Source of the DNA: Phycisphaerae bacterium
GTDB lineage: Bacteria > Planctomycetota > Phycisphaerae > UBA1845 > Fen-1342
Reading direction: 5' to 3'
Length of the DNA: 64,000 nt
NCBI GenBank assembly: GCA_963675745.2
Contig: CAXXWX010000016.1
Location: 32,001-96,000 of the forward strand
The translations under genes and the position numbers were made by a program. The notes beneath the pieces are model-generated. The model did not search any database and was not told where the DNA came from. It saw only the letters and a list, made by a program, of their open reading frames with translations. Shown one piece after another: positions 1-9,379 of this stretch; position 1 is the stretch's first letter, and every line of letters starts with the position of its first letter.

Positions 1-1
1 C

Positions 2-727
2 GAGATCCTCGCGGGTTACGTCGCCCCCAAAAGCCGCGCTCACGCGATCAACGCCATTGGGGAAACCGGACTCAACTCGCGAATGGCGTCGATTCTGTTC
101 CTGCGTGCTTTTGCACGCTCCCTGGATCGCTCAATCAATCGAAAGGTCTTCCGGTACTTCTCACGCGTCATTGCGCCGATTCTAGAAACGGCGCAATCTG
201 CGTGGCTGACGGAGCTTCTTCGTATCATGGACCCGCCGCGGGCTCGGTGGAGTGAGCGCCTGACCGTCGAAATCTGCCATGCCCGGTTCAGCGAATGTGC
301 TGATTTCACAACGGACGAGAAAGCCCGTGAAAAGCGTCTATTCGGGGCAGTGCAGGCCGTATATAAGAGCAACGGCTTCCGCGACTTCAGGAACCAGCGC
401 ATGTTCCACTTGGACTTGACCGAGAACCTAAGCCCCCGGCGGCCCTCTGGCGACATGACGCGCCTATCATCCTCGCTCTGCAACTGGTATAGATTCGTCG
501 CGCGTGCAACAATCGGCGACGAACCCAGATTTGTCACGGAGACCGCGCCTTGCAGCGGACGGGAGCAAGCGATGGTGATTAAGCGCCTTTTCCTCGACAG
601 TCTCAGGTGGCAGGCAGCCAAGGGTCCACCATATGGAGCAAGGGACTACATCCGATACGGTCGGGCCAGCTGCGAGTGGATTACCTGGCTTGGGGATCGA
701 CACTCTGGTCTTGGCCTGTTGCAGTGA
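2..727 (+). CDS. hypothetical protein, probably 5'-partial
   Basis: Frame is open from position 2 through ATG 83 to TGA 727; no recognisable motif. Confidence 0.55.
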   Translation, partial: EILAGYVAPKSRAHAINAIGETGLNSRMASILFLRAFARSLDRSINRKVFRYFSRVIAPILETAQSAWLTELLRIMDPPRARWSERLTVEICHARFSECADFTTDEKAREKRLFGAVQAVYKSNGFRDFRNQRMFHLDLTENLSPRRPSGDMTRLSSSLCNWYRFVARATIGDEPRFVTETAPCSGREQAMVIKRLFLDSLRWQAAKGPPYGARDYIRYGRASCEWITWLGDRHSGLGLLQ

Positions 728-921
728 CTCGATCCTCGGATCTCTGGACGCTTAGAGAAACCCCCAGGGGACGCAAGTCAGTATCGTAGCTGCGTACGGT
801 ACAACCGAGCCCGGAAAGAGGCCGGGTATGAACGGCTGCCGGTCACGTGCGCTCGCTGGAAGCGGCGGATTGTGACGCCGTTCGGGGAGATAGCGCGGTT
901 GTCGGGGGTGTGGGAGGCTGC

Positions 922-1107
922 TCAACTGCCGGGTTCATTCGACGCTGCCACCTGCAGGTCAATAACCTTGCCGTTCTCGCCGACGTAGATCGGCAAGCCT
1001 TCGCGTCGTCGTCGCTCCACTTCGCGGTCGATGGCTTCCGCGAATCCCTCGCAGATGTCATCGAGCCGCTTATCGAGCAGGTCTTTTTCAGTCTTGTCCG
1101 GCTGCAC
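922..1107 (-). CDS. small protein (~61 aa), partner of zeta-toxin-like ATPase
   Basis: GTG 1107, VQPDKTEKDLLDKRLDDICEGFAEAIDREVERRRREGLPIYVGENGKVIDL; overlaps the ATPase stop; helix + GLPIYV..NGKV pattern typical of these partners. Confidence 0.6.
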   Translation of the reverse strand: MQPDKTEKDLLDKRLDDICEGFAEAIDREVERRRREGLPIYVGENGKVIDLQVAASNEPGS

Positions 1108-1663
1108 GGCGAATCCTGTCGAATCGTTGTGGGTCGTAGATGGCTGGTTCTTCATGCATTCTGCCACGAGCCACCACGACGAGCTTCTTATCTGAATTAT
1201 CGCACAATGCCCAGCGGCTTGCCAGCGGCAAGTAGAGCTCGAAAAGGTTGTTGATGCCGCGCCAGTAACGTCGCTCGATGTCGGGAACCGGGACGTCGTG
1301 TCCACCGTCTTGGACGCGGCCGGCAACACGTTTCTTGGCGAGTTCCACGCTGGAGAGCCAGACGTAGGCCAGGTGAATTCGATATTGGGATTGTCTCGCT
1401 TCTTGGAGAAAGCGGGCGTGACTCCGACCTGCCAGCGTCGTCTCGAAAGCGAAGGTCTCGCTTTGGTCCCTGAGCTTCTGCATCCGACGGAGCATGACTT
1501 TGCCGGATTCAATTCGCGAGTCGGTCGCAAGCGCTTTGGCGATATCGTCAGCATTGAGGAACCGGTCGGTTGGAAAGCGCTTTGGCAGAATGACGGCCGC
1601 CCCGGTCGATTTGCCGGCTCCGTTTGGGCCTGCGACAACAAAGATCTCTGGGTGGTGGGGCAT
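1088..1663 (-). CDS. zeta-toxin-like / AAA P-loop ATPase
   Basis: VAGPNGAGKST Walker A, FLNADDIA, FAFETTL, RVAGRVQDGGHDVP motifs. Confidence 0.85.
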   Translation of the reverse strand: MPHHPEIFVVAGPNGAGKSTGAAVILPKRFPTDRFLNADDIAKALATDSRIESGKVMLRRMQKLRDQSETFAFETTLAGRSHARFLQEARQSQYRIHLAYVWLSSVELAKKRVAGRVQDGGHDVPVPDIERRYWRGINNLFELYLPLASRWALCDNSDKKLVVVARGRMHEEPAIYDPQRFDRIRRAAGQD

Positions 1664-1665
1664 AT

Positions 1666-1779
1666 TCTACCCGTGCTTGATCTGCCGGCGCAGCTTAAAC
1701 AGCTCCTTAAACGCCCGCAGGATCACCTTGATGTTCGCGCCGCTTTGTTCGCCGGCGATGCGCGGGTAGTGGTGTACGC
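1666..1779. repeat. 114-bp direct repeat, copy A (duplicate of the GT2 gene 3' end)
   Basis: Matches 3465-3578 with 4 mismatches; encodes VHHYPRIAGEQSGANIKVILRAFKELFKLRRQIKHG* on the minus strand. Confidence 0.95.
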
Positions 1780-1897
1780 TGGCTTCGGTGATGCCCCACT
1801 TCGCCCACGGATCACGGCCAACTTCACCGATTGCGGCTCGTACGGCAGCAGCCATGGCAACGCTCACTGACTTGCCGCTGCACGGACGACTAGATCG

Positions 1898-3376
1898 TTA
1901 CGAAGCTGCCACTTCTCGCACGACCAGGTGCGTCGCCATCTCTTTGGGATTGTCCGCCCAAGTGCCATCCCAGATAACCTGGAGATGAATCGACGGGGCT
2001 GAGCGGCTGTTCTCAGCCTCGACCTGTGCGACAATCTCGGCGGTCTCGCCCGGTCCGAGGGAGGTGTCGACGTTATTGGGCTCGACGTAGAACGCGAACT
2101 GAAAGCAGCCGCGCGACTTGCTGACGTATCCCAAGTCACACCGATCCGTGCTGACAATCGTAGGGGTCAGCGCGTGGTACCCAGGAAACGCCCATGTGAA
2201 TTGCAGCGGGATTCGCAGTTCGGAAGGGCCCAGCGGTGCATCACTCTTGCCCTTTGCGAAGTGCGTACAAAGCACCTTGACGGAACGCGCGGGTACCCAT
2301 CCCTTTCTGTTGTCCACATTCAAGTGGCAGTACCAGATGGGCTCATTGTCTGCTGACTGCGTTGGCGATTGCTCAATGCCAAGCAGTCTGATGTTCAGGC
2401 GAGGTCCGAGGATCGTGGATCGCAGCCAATCGCCCCAGACAGCAGCGACTAGAATCCCGATGGTGACGGCCGTGTAGACCAGGTTCACCCAAAACGTGGG
2501 CCACTCCGCGGAAGCTAACCCCATAGCTGCACTCCCAGGAATCGTGGGCTCAGTTGTCGGCGGTGGTTTGCAGTTGCCAACCACCAGGTTCAATACCACC
2601 GAAAACACAATGACAACCAGTACCTCAACCAGCACAATGCAGGTAACCGGTGTCTTCTTTGGACAAAATAACGCAAGCCATTGCCAACGGGCGCTGTCAT
2701 GACCCTGCGTGTTACCCCCTTTCTGGAGTTGCTCAAGCCTGACAAATGCAGTGTCGCCGTCCGGGCTGCACTCGTCCAGTATTGCGAGGGCCTGGACCCA
2801 ACGCCGTTTCTCTCTCGACCAAGCACACCCAACGAGGATGAGGCCCGTGAAGACAGCCCCGCAACCAAGCCAGTAGTCATGCTTGAACAAGGCAGTGACC
2901 GCCAGCACGCACAACGGATACACGGAGTACGTGCAAAGCCTCGCCTCGGCCTGGAATCGATGCATATGCACGAAGCCATTGCGCACACCTTCGTCCTTGG
3001 AGCACACCAGCCACTGGAGCAAGAGCTTGAATGAACTCTCATTCTGGCACTGCAAGCGCTCCCCGTCCACCTTCGCCGGTCGGAGCCAAGTCGTACGCTC
3101 CTTCGCCGCGCATCGCAGTGCCGCAGGCGACACGTGCCGCCACCGGAATGACAGAAGGCCTTCGTAGAGGAGCCCAATGAAGTACGATGCCGCCAGCAGC
3201 ATAAGCCCGCCCCAAAAAACCACCCCTGCATCGAGAGCACCGGCGACAGGAGGAAGGAGCGGCTCCCAGTATTTGGGTACCGCCATACCGATATACCGTG
3301 CGACCACGATCGTCAGCGCGCCGGGAGCAACGCGAGCAAACACATCGTACTCGAAATAGGGGATCTTCCATTCCAC
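1898..3376 (-). CDS. hypothetical multi-pass membrane protein (492 aa)
   Basis: Long ORF with several hydrophobic segments, AAGGA RBS before GTG, TATAGT box upstream; lies between the direct repeats. Confidence 0.7.
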   Translation of the reverse strand: MEWKIPYFEYDVFARVAPGALTIVVARYIGMAVPKYWEPLLPPVAGALDAGVVFWGGLMLLAASYFIGLLYEGLLSFRWRHVSPAALRCAAKERTTWLRPAKVDGERLQCQNESSFKLLLQWLVCSKDEGVRNGFVHMHRFQAEARLCTYSVYPLCVLAVTALFKHDYWLGCGAVFTGLILVGCAWSREKRRWVQALAILDECSPDGDTAFVRLEQLQKGGNTQGHDSARWQWLALFCPKKTPVTCIVLVEVLVVIVFSVVLNLVVGNCKPPPTTEPTIPGSAAMGLASAEWPTFWVNLVYTAVTIGILVAAVWGDWLRSTILGPRLNIRLLGIEQSPTQSADNEPIWYCHLNVDNRKGWVPARSVKVLCTHFAKGKSDAPLGPSELRIPLQFTWAFPGYHALTPTIVSTDRCDLGYVSKSRGCFQFAFYVEPNNVDTSLGPGETAEIVAQVEAENSRSAPSIHLQVIWDGTWADNPKEMATHLVVREVAAS

Positions 3377-3464
3377 GGCCGGCCCTTTCCTTCGGCCAAC
3401 TATACCGACGAGTCGCGCCCTACTCTTGCCTCCCTGCCGGCGGCACCTCCTCGCCGGGGTCGGC

Positions 3465-3578
3465 TCTACCCCTCCTTAATCTGCCGGCGCAGCTTAAACA
3501 GCTCCTTAAACGCCCGCAGGATCACCTTGATGTTCGCGCCGCTCTGTTCGCCGGCGATGCGCGGGTAGTGGTGTACGC
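3465..3578. repeat. 114-bp direct repeat, copy B (native GT2 3' end)
   Basis: Matches 1666-1779 at 110/114. Confidence 0.95.
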
Positions 3579-4179
3579 CGCGCTGGGCGATGCTCAGGCC
3601 GAGTCGGCGGGCGCGCGCGAGTGTTTCCGTGTCGATCAACGCGCCGGTGCTCTTCAGCTCGATCTCGTCGAACATCGCCCGCGGGTAAATCTTGAACGCG
3701 CAGTCGATGTCACGCAGGTTGATGTGAAACAGCATGTTCACCAACGTCGTCCAGGCCCACGCGTTCAGCTTGCGCATCATGCTGTCTTTGCGGTCAAGCC
3801 GATAACACGAGACGATGTCGTAGTCTTCCAACAGCGGCAACAGCTTTTCCAGCTCGTTAATGTCGAATTGCCCGTCGCCGTCGGTGTAAAAAACCCAGTT
3901 CTTCGTCGCCGCGTAAAGGCCGGCCTTCAGCGCCCCGCCATAGCCCTTGTTCGGCCGATTGTGGACGACGCGGACCTCGGCGTTTTCCTCCGCCAGCCGG
4001 TCGGCGATCTCGCCGGTGCGGTCGCTGCTGCCGTCGTCGACAATGATGACCTCGAGGTCGTCGGCCAGCCGGCGACCGACCTCGAGCGCCTGACGCGTCA
4101 CACGCTCAACGTTGGCCTCCTCATTGTGACACGGAAACGTGATCGACAGCGACAGCGGCGTGCGAGGCGGACGTTCCAC
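3466..4179 (-). CDS. glycosyltransferase family 2 (DPM synthase/ArnC-like)
   Basis: FPCHNEE, IIVDDGSSDRT, NKGYGGAL, YTDGDGQFD, DIDCAFK motifs. Confidence 0.9.
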   Translation of the reverse strand: MERPPRTPLSLSITFPCHNEEANVERVTRQALEVGRRLADDLEVIIVDDGSSDRTGEIADRLAEENAEVRVVHNRPNKGYGGALKAGLYAATKNWVFYTDGDGQFDINELEKLLPLLEDYDIVSCYRLDRKDSMMRKLNAWAWTTLVNMLFHINLRDIDCAFKIYPRAMFDEIELKSTGALIDTETLARARRLGLSIAQRGVHHYPRIAGEQSGANIKVILRAFKELFKLRRQIKEG

Positions 4180-4366
4180 GGCGTTACTCCCAAGGGCCAG
4201 TGCGCGAGCGCACGTTGTACCCGAGCAAATCGCCGCTGACCACCGGTCGCGGCCACGTTATCATCTATCGGGACATCGCATCCGAGAGGTTCCGCGCCCG
4301 CCGGCATGGACATCCGCCGGCTTTTTAGACAGACTCCTTCGGCTGCGAACGCCGTATACTCGATAG

Positions 4367-5584
4367 ATGGAAGCCAGTGATATGCCACACGCCACCCCCA
4401 CAGCGCAAACGACCGGCCGCTTCGGTCCATTTGGCGGTCAGTATGTGCCCGAAGTTCTGATGCACGCCATCCAGGAGTTGGCGGCTGAGTACGAGCAAGC
4501 CAAGGCCGACCAGGCGTTCTGGGATGAGCTGGGTGCCTATCTGACCCACTATGCCGGCCGACCCAGCCCGCTCTATTTCGCCCGGCGCCTGACCGCCCAT
4601 CTCGGCGGCGCCAGGATTTACCTCAAACGCGAGGATCTCAACCACACCGGCGCGCACAAGATCAACAACGTCCTCGGCCAGGGCCTGCTCACCAAACGCA
4701 TGGGCAAGCCGCGCATCATCGCCGAGACCGGCGCCGGCCAACACGGTGTGGCGACGGCCACCGCCGCCGCGGTGCTGGGCCTCGAGTGTGTCGTGTACAT
4801 GGGGGCCGAGGATGTCAGGCGTCAGGCCCTGAATGTGTATCGCATGCGGCTGCTGGGGGCCGAGTGTATCCCGGTGGAAAGCGGCCAGCGCACGCTCAAG
4901 GACGCCATCAACGAGGCCATGCGCGACTGGATGGCCAGCGTTGAGACGACGCACTACGTTATCGGCAGCGTCATGGGGCCGCACCCGTTTCCCACCATCG
5001 TACGCGACTTTCAGTCCGTCATCGGCCGCGAGACCAAAGAGCAGTTGCACGCCGTCGAGGGGCGGCTCCCCGACGTGATTCTCGCCTGCGTGGGCGGCGG
5101 TAGCAACGCCGCCGGCATCTTCTATCCATTCATCGACGACAAGGACGTCCGCCTGGTTGGCGTCGAGGCGGCGGGTGAGGGGATCACCACGCCGCGCCAT
5201 GCCGCCACCCTCGCCAAAGGCGCTCCAGGCGTGCTGCACGGCATGCACACGGTTGTGCTACAGGATGCTGACGGCCAGACGCTGCCGGTACACTCCGTAT
5301 CGGCCGGCCTCGATTACCCCGGCGTAGGCCCGGAGCATGCGCAGTGGCACGCGACGGGGCGCGCTGAGTATGTTTCCGCCACCGATGCGGAGGCGCTCGA
5401 TGCGTTCGCACTGCTGTCGCGCCTGGAGGGAATCATCCCCGCCCTGGAAACGGCCCACGCGGTAGCCCACGCGATCAAGCTGGCCCCGCAGATGGCTGAC
5501 GATCAGATCATGGTCATCAACATCAGCGGACGCGGCGACAAAGACTGTGTCGAGGTGGCCCGGCTCACGGGACAGGAAGTATAG
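4367..5584 (+). CDS. trpB: tryptophan synthase beta subunit
   Basis: [16 protein letters not shown] (PLP Lys), [37 protein letters not shown]. Start may be 4382. Confidence 0.97.
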   Translation: MEASDMPHATPTAQTTGRFGPFGGQYVPEVLMHAIQELAAEYEQAKADQAFWDELGAYLTHYAGRPSPLYFARRLTAHLGGARIYLKREDLNHTGAHKINNVLGQGLLTKRMGKPRIIAETGAGQHGVATATAAAVLGLECVVYMGAEDVRRQALNVYRMRLLGAECIPVESGQRTLKDAINEAMRDWMASVETTHYVIGSVMGPHPFPTIVRDFQSVIGRETKEQLHAVEGRLPDVILACVGGGSNAAGIFYPFIDDKDVRLVGVEAAGEGITTPRHAATLAKGAPGVLHGMHTVVLQDADGQTLPVHSVSAGLDYPGVGPEHAQWHATGRAEYVSATDAEALDAFALLSRLEGIIPALETAHAVAHAIKLAPQMADDQIMVINISGRGDKDCVEVARLTGQEV

Positions 5585-5638
5585 GGCAACACTGCCGGCG
5601 GTCAGCCACAGTGCGTTCGAACCGCTGTTGCGCGTCGA

Positions 5639-5659
5639 CGGCCTGCGGGGCGCAGGCCG
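5639..5659. terminator. GC hairpin between convergent genes, possible terminator
   Basis: CGGCCTGCG-GGG-CGCAGGCCG, 9-bp stem; no clear U-tract. Confidence 0.35.
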
Positions 5660-5698
5660 CTACTTGGTTTCTCTGCCCTGATGTTTTGTTCCCCCGCG

Positions 5699-6268
5699 TC
5701 AGGAGACGGTTCCGCCGGGGCCTATGCGGGCGATGATCCCGTCATCCAGATCGTTGTCACGCGCGCGGTCCGCCGGGATGTATGGAATCAACCCCTGGCG
5801 GAATGCATCTTCCTGCACGTCGCGCGGCGCGTCACGTATGTCCAGCAGGAAGCCGTCCACCTCGATGAACCACACCAGCGGGTTATCATCGAGCAGCGAG
5901 TCCACACACCACGCCGGTGCGAGCGGCATGATGTTGAGCTGCTTGCGAATCAGGCGTGACTTGTTTTCCATCGTGGTCTGCGCCACGCCGAACGCTTCGG
6001 CCACCTCCGGCCAGGTCATACACGGTTCGAAGCTCGTATCGGTCAGGAAATTGACGCTCCCCAGCGCGTGGATAATGCCACTCGCCCAGCTTTCCCGCCG
6101 GCCGCGCTGCACCGATAAATCGCACTCACAGATGCACGCGGCCAGTTCACGTGCGAGCGTTTTGTACTCATCGTCCAGGAACTTCCCGCAGAACTCGTCA
6201 GTCAAGCTGACAAGCTCGTCGCGGATGGGTCGCAGGGTGCGGGGCGGACTGTCGGCGTGCTCATCCAT
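5699..6268 (-). CDS. DUF6398-like protein
   Basis: LTDEFC..LDDEY, WASGIIHALGSVNFL.D, DNPLVW..VDG...DIRDAPRDVQEDAFRQGLIPYIP. Confidence 0.7.
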   Translation of the reverse strand: MDEHADSPPRTLRPIRDELVSLTDEFCGKFLDDEYKTLARELAACICECDLSVQRGRRESWASGIIHALGSVNFLTDTSFEPCMTWPEVAEAFGVAQTTMENKSRLIRKQLNIMPLAPAWCVDSLLDDNPLVWFIEVDGFLLDIRDAPRDVQEDAFRQGLIPYIPADRARDNDLDDGIIARIGPGGTVS

Positions 6269-6607
6269 GATGGCCTCCTTGCTATACCCCAGCTTAACCG
6301 AGTGGCCGCCGAAGCGCGCGCGTTTTTCCCGGATTCGGCGTCAGTTTAGGTCGGGGGGACGCCAACACGGCGGCACCACGTGGCCGGTATCCAGCCTGGT
6401 TTCCGCGGATCGGTCAGCGTGCCGCGCCGGGCGCCCCACGGGCCGTAGCATTGCCGACAACGTCCATCCCCATAGTACCGCCCCACGGGGAGGATCACGA
6501 CACAAATTCCCGCGCCAGACCGGCGGACGGTGTTTCCATTCTCCGCCTGCAACCGCTACGATTCAGGGGCATACAAGCTCGCAAGGACAGGGGGTAGTGG
6601 AGTCCGC

Positions 6608-7747
6608 ATGCGCGATCAGATTGAATACCTCGAACCACGGCGTCCAGACGGTGGCGGCAACGTGCTGGACCTCTCAGCCGAGCCGGGCGCGGAGGCCTCG
6701 TCGCAGGCACTCGCCGGCGTGGCGGGCGCGTTGTACGAGCTGCTTCGGCAAGCGGCCGATAAAAAAGCCTCTGACGTACACATAGTCCCCGGTTACCCGC
6801 CCACGTTTCGTGTTGACGGCAAGCTCGAAAACGCCAGCGCCAGCCCGCTGCGCGCACACGAGATCCGGCAGATGTTGGACGCCCTCGCGACCGATCGAAC
6901 CGGTCAACCCCTGGGCCAACGCAAGGACCTTGATTGTGCGGTGGCCGTCCCGCACAGCGGCGTCACCGTGAGGTTCAGGTTGAATGCCTATCGCTCCCAG
7001 GGCCAGTGGTGCGCGTGTTTCCGGCACATCGCCGGCCAGGTGCCCTCGCTGGAGACCATCGGGTTTCCGATCCCGGTTGTCGAACGAATCCTCACCTATC
7101 GCAACGGCCTGGTGATCTTCACCGGCACCACCGGGGCGGGTAAGTCCACCAGCATGGCGGCGATCATCCAGGTTTTGGCCGACCGCGCGCGCCATCACGT
7201 GCTCACAATTGAGGAGCCGTTGGAGTTCATCTTCCGCTCGCGCAAGGGGAGCCTCTTCTCGCAGCGCGAGGTCGGGCGCGATGTGGACACGTTCGCCGAC
7301 GGCCTCAAGTATGGTCTGCGGCAGGATCCCGATATCATTCTGGTGGGCGAAACGCGCGATCGCGTGACGGCCCAGATGGTGCTCAGTGCCGCCGAGACCG
7401 GCCACCTGGTTTTCACCACATTGCACACCCGCGACGCCAAAGGGGCGCTGACGCGCTTCGTCGACCTGTTCCCCGCCGAATCGCAGGAAGACGTGCGCAA
7501 GCAGCTAGCTATGAGCCTCAGGTCAGTAATCAGTCAGCAGTTGCTGGCGGCCATCGGCGGCGGGCGCACTCTCGTTACCGAAGTGCTGCACGTGACCCAG
7601 GCAGCCGAGGTCTCGATCCGCTCCGGGCGCATCGAGACGCTGGACAATGTCATCCAAACCGGAAAACGCGACGGCATGTGGACTTTTGACGATGACATCG
7701 CTCGTTTGATGAAAGCCGGCAAACTCCGCCTGCCGGGCCGCGCCTAG
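6608..7747 (+). CDS. PilT/PilU-family type IV pilus ATPase
   Basis: ASDVHI, RFRLNAY, GTTGAGKSTS, TIEEPLEF, LRQDPDIILVGETRD, AETGHLVFTTLHT. Start taken at ATG 6608. Confidence 0.92.
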   Translation: MRDQIEYLEPRRPDGGGNVLDLSAEPGAEASSQALAGVAGALYELLRQAADKKASDVHIVPGYPPTFRVDGKLENASASPLRAHEIRQMLDALATDRTGQPLGQRKDLDCAVAVPHSGVTVRFRLNAYRSQGQWCACFRHIAGQVPSLETIGFPIPVVERILTYRNGLVIFTGTTGAGKSTSMAAIIQVLADRARHHVLTIEEPLEFIFRSRKGSLFSQREVGRDVDTFADGLKYGLRQDPDIILVGETRDRVTAQMVLSAAETGHLVFTTLHTRDAKGALTRFVDLFPAESQEDVRKQLAMSLRSVISQQLLAAIGGGRTLVTEVLHVTQAAEVSIRSGRIETLDNVIQTGKRDGMWTFDDDIARLMKAGKLRLPGRA

Positions 7748-7797
7748 CCGGGCGGCGCGCGCTCCAAGGCCCACGTACTAAGGGCACCGGGGAAAGC

Positions 7798-8181
7798 ATG
7801 ACGCCGCGGCGTAAGCGCCTGATACTGTGGTTGGGACTGGCCGTCACCGCGGTCGCGCTGGTTGTGCTCAACCGGCAATCAACGGGCACCAGCCGGCTCG
7901 AAGCTGAATTGCGTTGGCTGCTCCGGAATACGCCCACGCCAAATCAGTGGAACTCGGCGTCAACGCTGATCTCGCTGGCAAGCTTGCGGGATCCAGATGC
8001 GACGGCCGACACGCTGACCACGCTTCTGCACGACGAAGACGCCGTGCTCGCAACGCGTACCCGTCAATTGCTCAATGGCTGGCCCCCTTTGCACGACCCG
8101 CCCTTCGCCGCATTACTCGAGGAAGTCAGCGCCGCGGCCGCCAGCAGCCAACCGACATCCGACAGCGCTCCCGGCGAGTGA
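7798..8181 (+). CDS. hypothetical membrane-anchored protein
   Basis: Basic N-terminus plus hydrophobic anchor, helical body. Confidence 0.55.
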   Translation: MTPRRKRLILWLGLAVTAVALVVLNRQSTGTSRLEAELRWLLRNTPTPNQWNSASTLISLASLRDPDATADTLTTLLHDEDAVLATRTRQLLNGWPPLHDPPFAALLEEVSAAAASSQPTSDSAPGE

Positions 8182-8229
8182 CTTCTGCCGGCCGCTCCGT
8201 CGCTCCATACGCCGCCGTGGTCTGCCGGC

Positions 8230-8448
8230 TTACTGGTCAGGGTCGGTCAGTGCTCGGACAATCGCGTCCACGATGCGCTCCAGCGCACGGCGGGCCGAGT
8301 AGCGATTGGCCGCCAGTGCGGCGCGGACGGCGTTGATGCGATCGCGTCGGAGGGTGTGCGACGAGCATCCGCTCGATCGTTGCGGCGAGCGCACGCGGCG
8401 TTTGGAACGCAGAAGTGGGCGCCGTCGCATCAGCCGAATCTGTCGCAT
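8230..8448 (-). CDS. small protein with FlgM-like C-terminal motif
   Basis: RDRINAVRAALAANRY....LERIVDAIV resembles the FlgM sigma-binding helices; start uncertain. Confidence 0.4.
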   Translation of the reverse strand: MRQIRLMRRRPLLRSKRRVRSPQRSSGCSSHTLRRDRINAVRAALAANRYSARRALERIVDAIVRALTDPDQ

Positions 8449-8537
8449 GCGGTTGCTCCGCGGCTCGCGCGAAACTCGGCAGACGCCGTCGTGCTGCGCG
8501 TGTCTGCCGGCCGCGCGTGGCAGCGCACGCTGGGAAA

Positions 8538-8903
8538 TCAGTCGTCGACCGCGGTGTCCACACCCTGCGTGTGCAATTCGTGCTCTCCGATGGGAGCCAC
8601 CTTGCGGTACCCCAGATAGAGCGCGATATCCAACACCTCCGTCCAGGTCGGGAACGGGCAGCGGTTGGCGGTCTTGTATTCTTCCATCGCGAGAATGAAG
8701 GCCAACTGCTCGTCATTCATGTGGCCTTCTTCAGCTTCGCGCCGATAGTCGGTGCGACGCCGGCCGGGGCCGCGGCGCCGATCAAGGGCGGACCGCCTGT
8801 CGCCGGTGGCGGGGCATCCGTCTGGCTGTGGGCTGCAATCTTCGCCCTGCCGCTCCGTGGCATCCACCACGCCGCTGTCGGTGTGAGAATCGCGTATGCT
8901 CAT
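8538..8903 (-). CDS. conserved planctomycete-type hypothetical protein with DRR repeats
   Basis: GDRRSALDRRRGPGRRR followed by EQLAFILAMEEYK...PFPTWTEVLDI...LGYRKVA. Confidence 0.75.
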   Translation of the reverse strand: MSIRDSHTDSGVVDATERQGEDCSPQPDGCPATGDRRSALDRRRGPGRRRTDYRREAEEGHMNDEQLAFILAMEEYKTANRCPFPTWTEVLDIALYLGYRKVAPIGEHELHTQGVDTAVDD

Positions 8904-9049
8904 GTATGAGGCTATCGACGTATTCGCGGGGCGGGATAAACGCCGGGATGCGCGGAAACTGCGCGAAGGACCGTAGCCAACCGCTGTAGGTCAACGCCGG
9001 GCCACCGGTACCGCGGATGTCAAGTGGATTTGTCGCGACGATCGCGCTA

Positions 9050-9379
9050 TCAGTCGTCGTCGTCGTCGAAGTCAGACTCGTCGTCGTCGTCAAAATCGTC
9101 GTCGAGGTCGTCGTCGAGATCGTCGTCGTCGAAATCATCGTCGAAATCGAGATCGTCGTCGTCGTCCTCGTCCTCATCCTCATCATCGTCCCCACGAGCG
9201 CGGCCATCAGCGCGCACGTCGATCGCGCCGGCGAATCCCCACTCGTCAGGGTCAAACGAGGGCCGAGCAACCGGATCACCCGGCTCTCGCCACATGTTTT
9301 TGTCACAGTACTCGTCGGTGGATATCGCTGGCATTAGCTGCATACCGTCCGGGAATCGCTCATCGAGCTCGGGGAACAT
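9050..9379 (-). CDS. small protein with very acidic D/E-rich tail
   Basis: AGGAGG RBS before ATG 9379; the last ~45 residues are D/E with periodic F/L. Confidence 0.7.
   Translation of the reverse strand: MFPELDERFPDGMQLMPAISTDEYCDKNMWREPGDPVARPSFDPDEWGFAGAIDVRADGRARGDDDEDEDEDDDDDLDFDDDFDDDDLDDDLDDDFDDDDESDFDDDDD

Noticed and set aside
728..921. c-di-GMP riboswitch-like words (GGACGCAAG, CCGGAAAG)
   Set aside because: Order and stems do not fit the GEMM consensus, and the region lies between convergent genes.
1667..1867. 66-aa ORF as an independent gene
   Set aside because: Its C-half is just the duplicated GT2 end, and the N-half has no support.
1666..3578. DGR template/variable repeat pair
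   Set aside because: The four mismatches are not adenine-specific, there is no reverse transcriptase, and the target is a GT2.
9050..9190. CRISPR array or microsatellite
   Set aside because: TCG/TCA-rich run is the coding sequence of an Asp-rich tail; no repeat-spacer structure was seen anywhere in the window.
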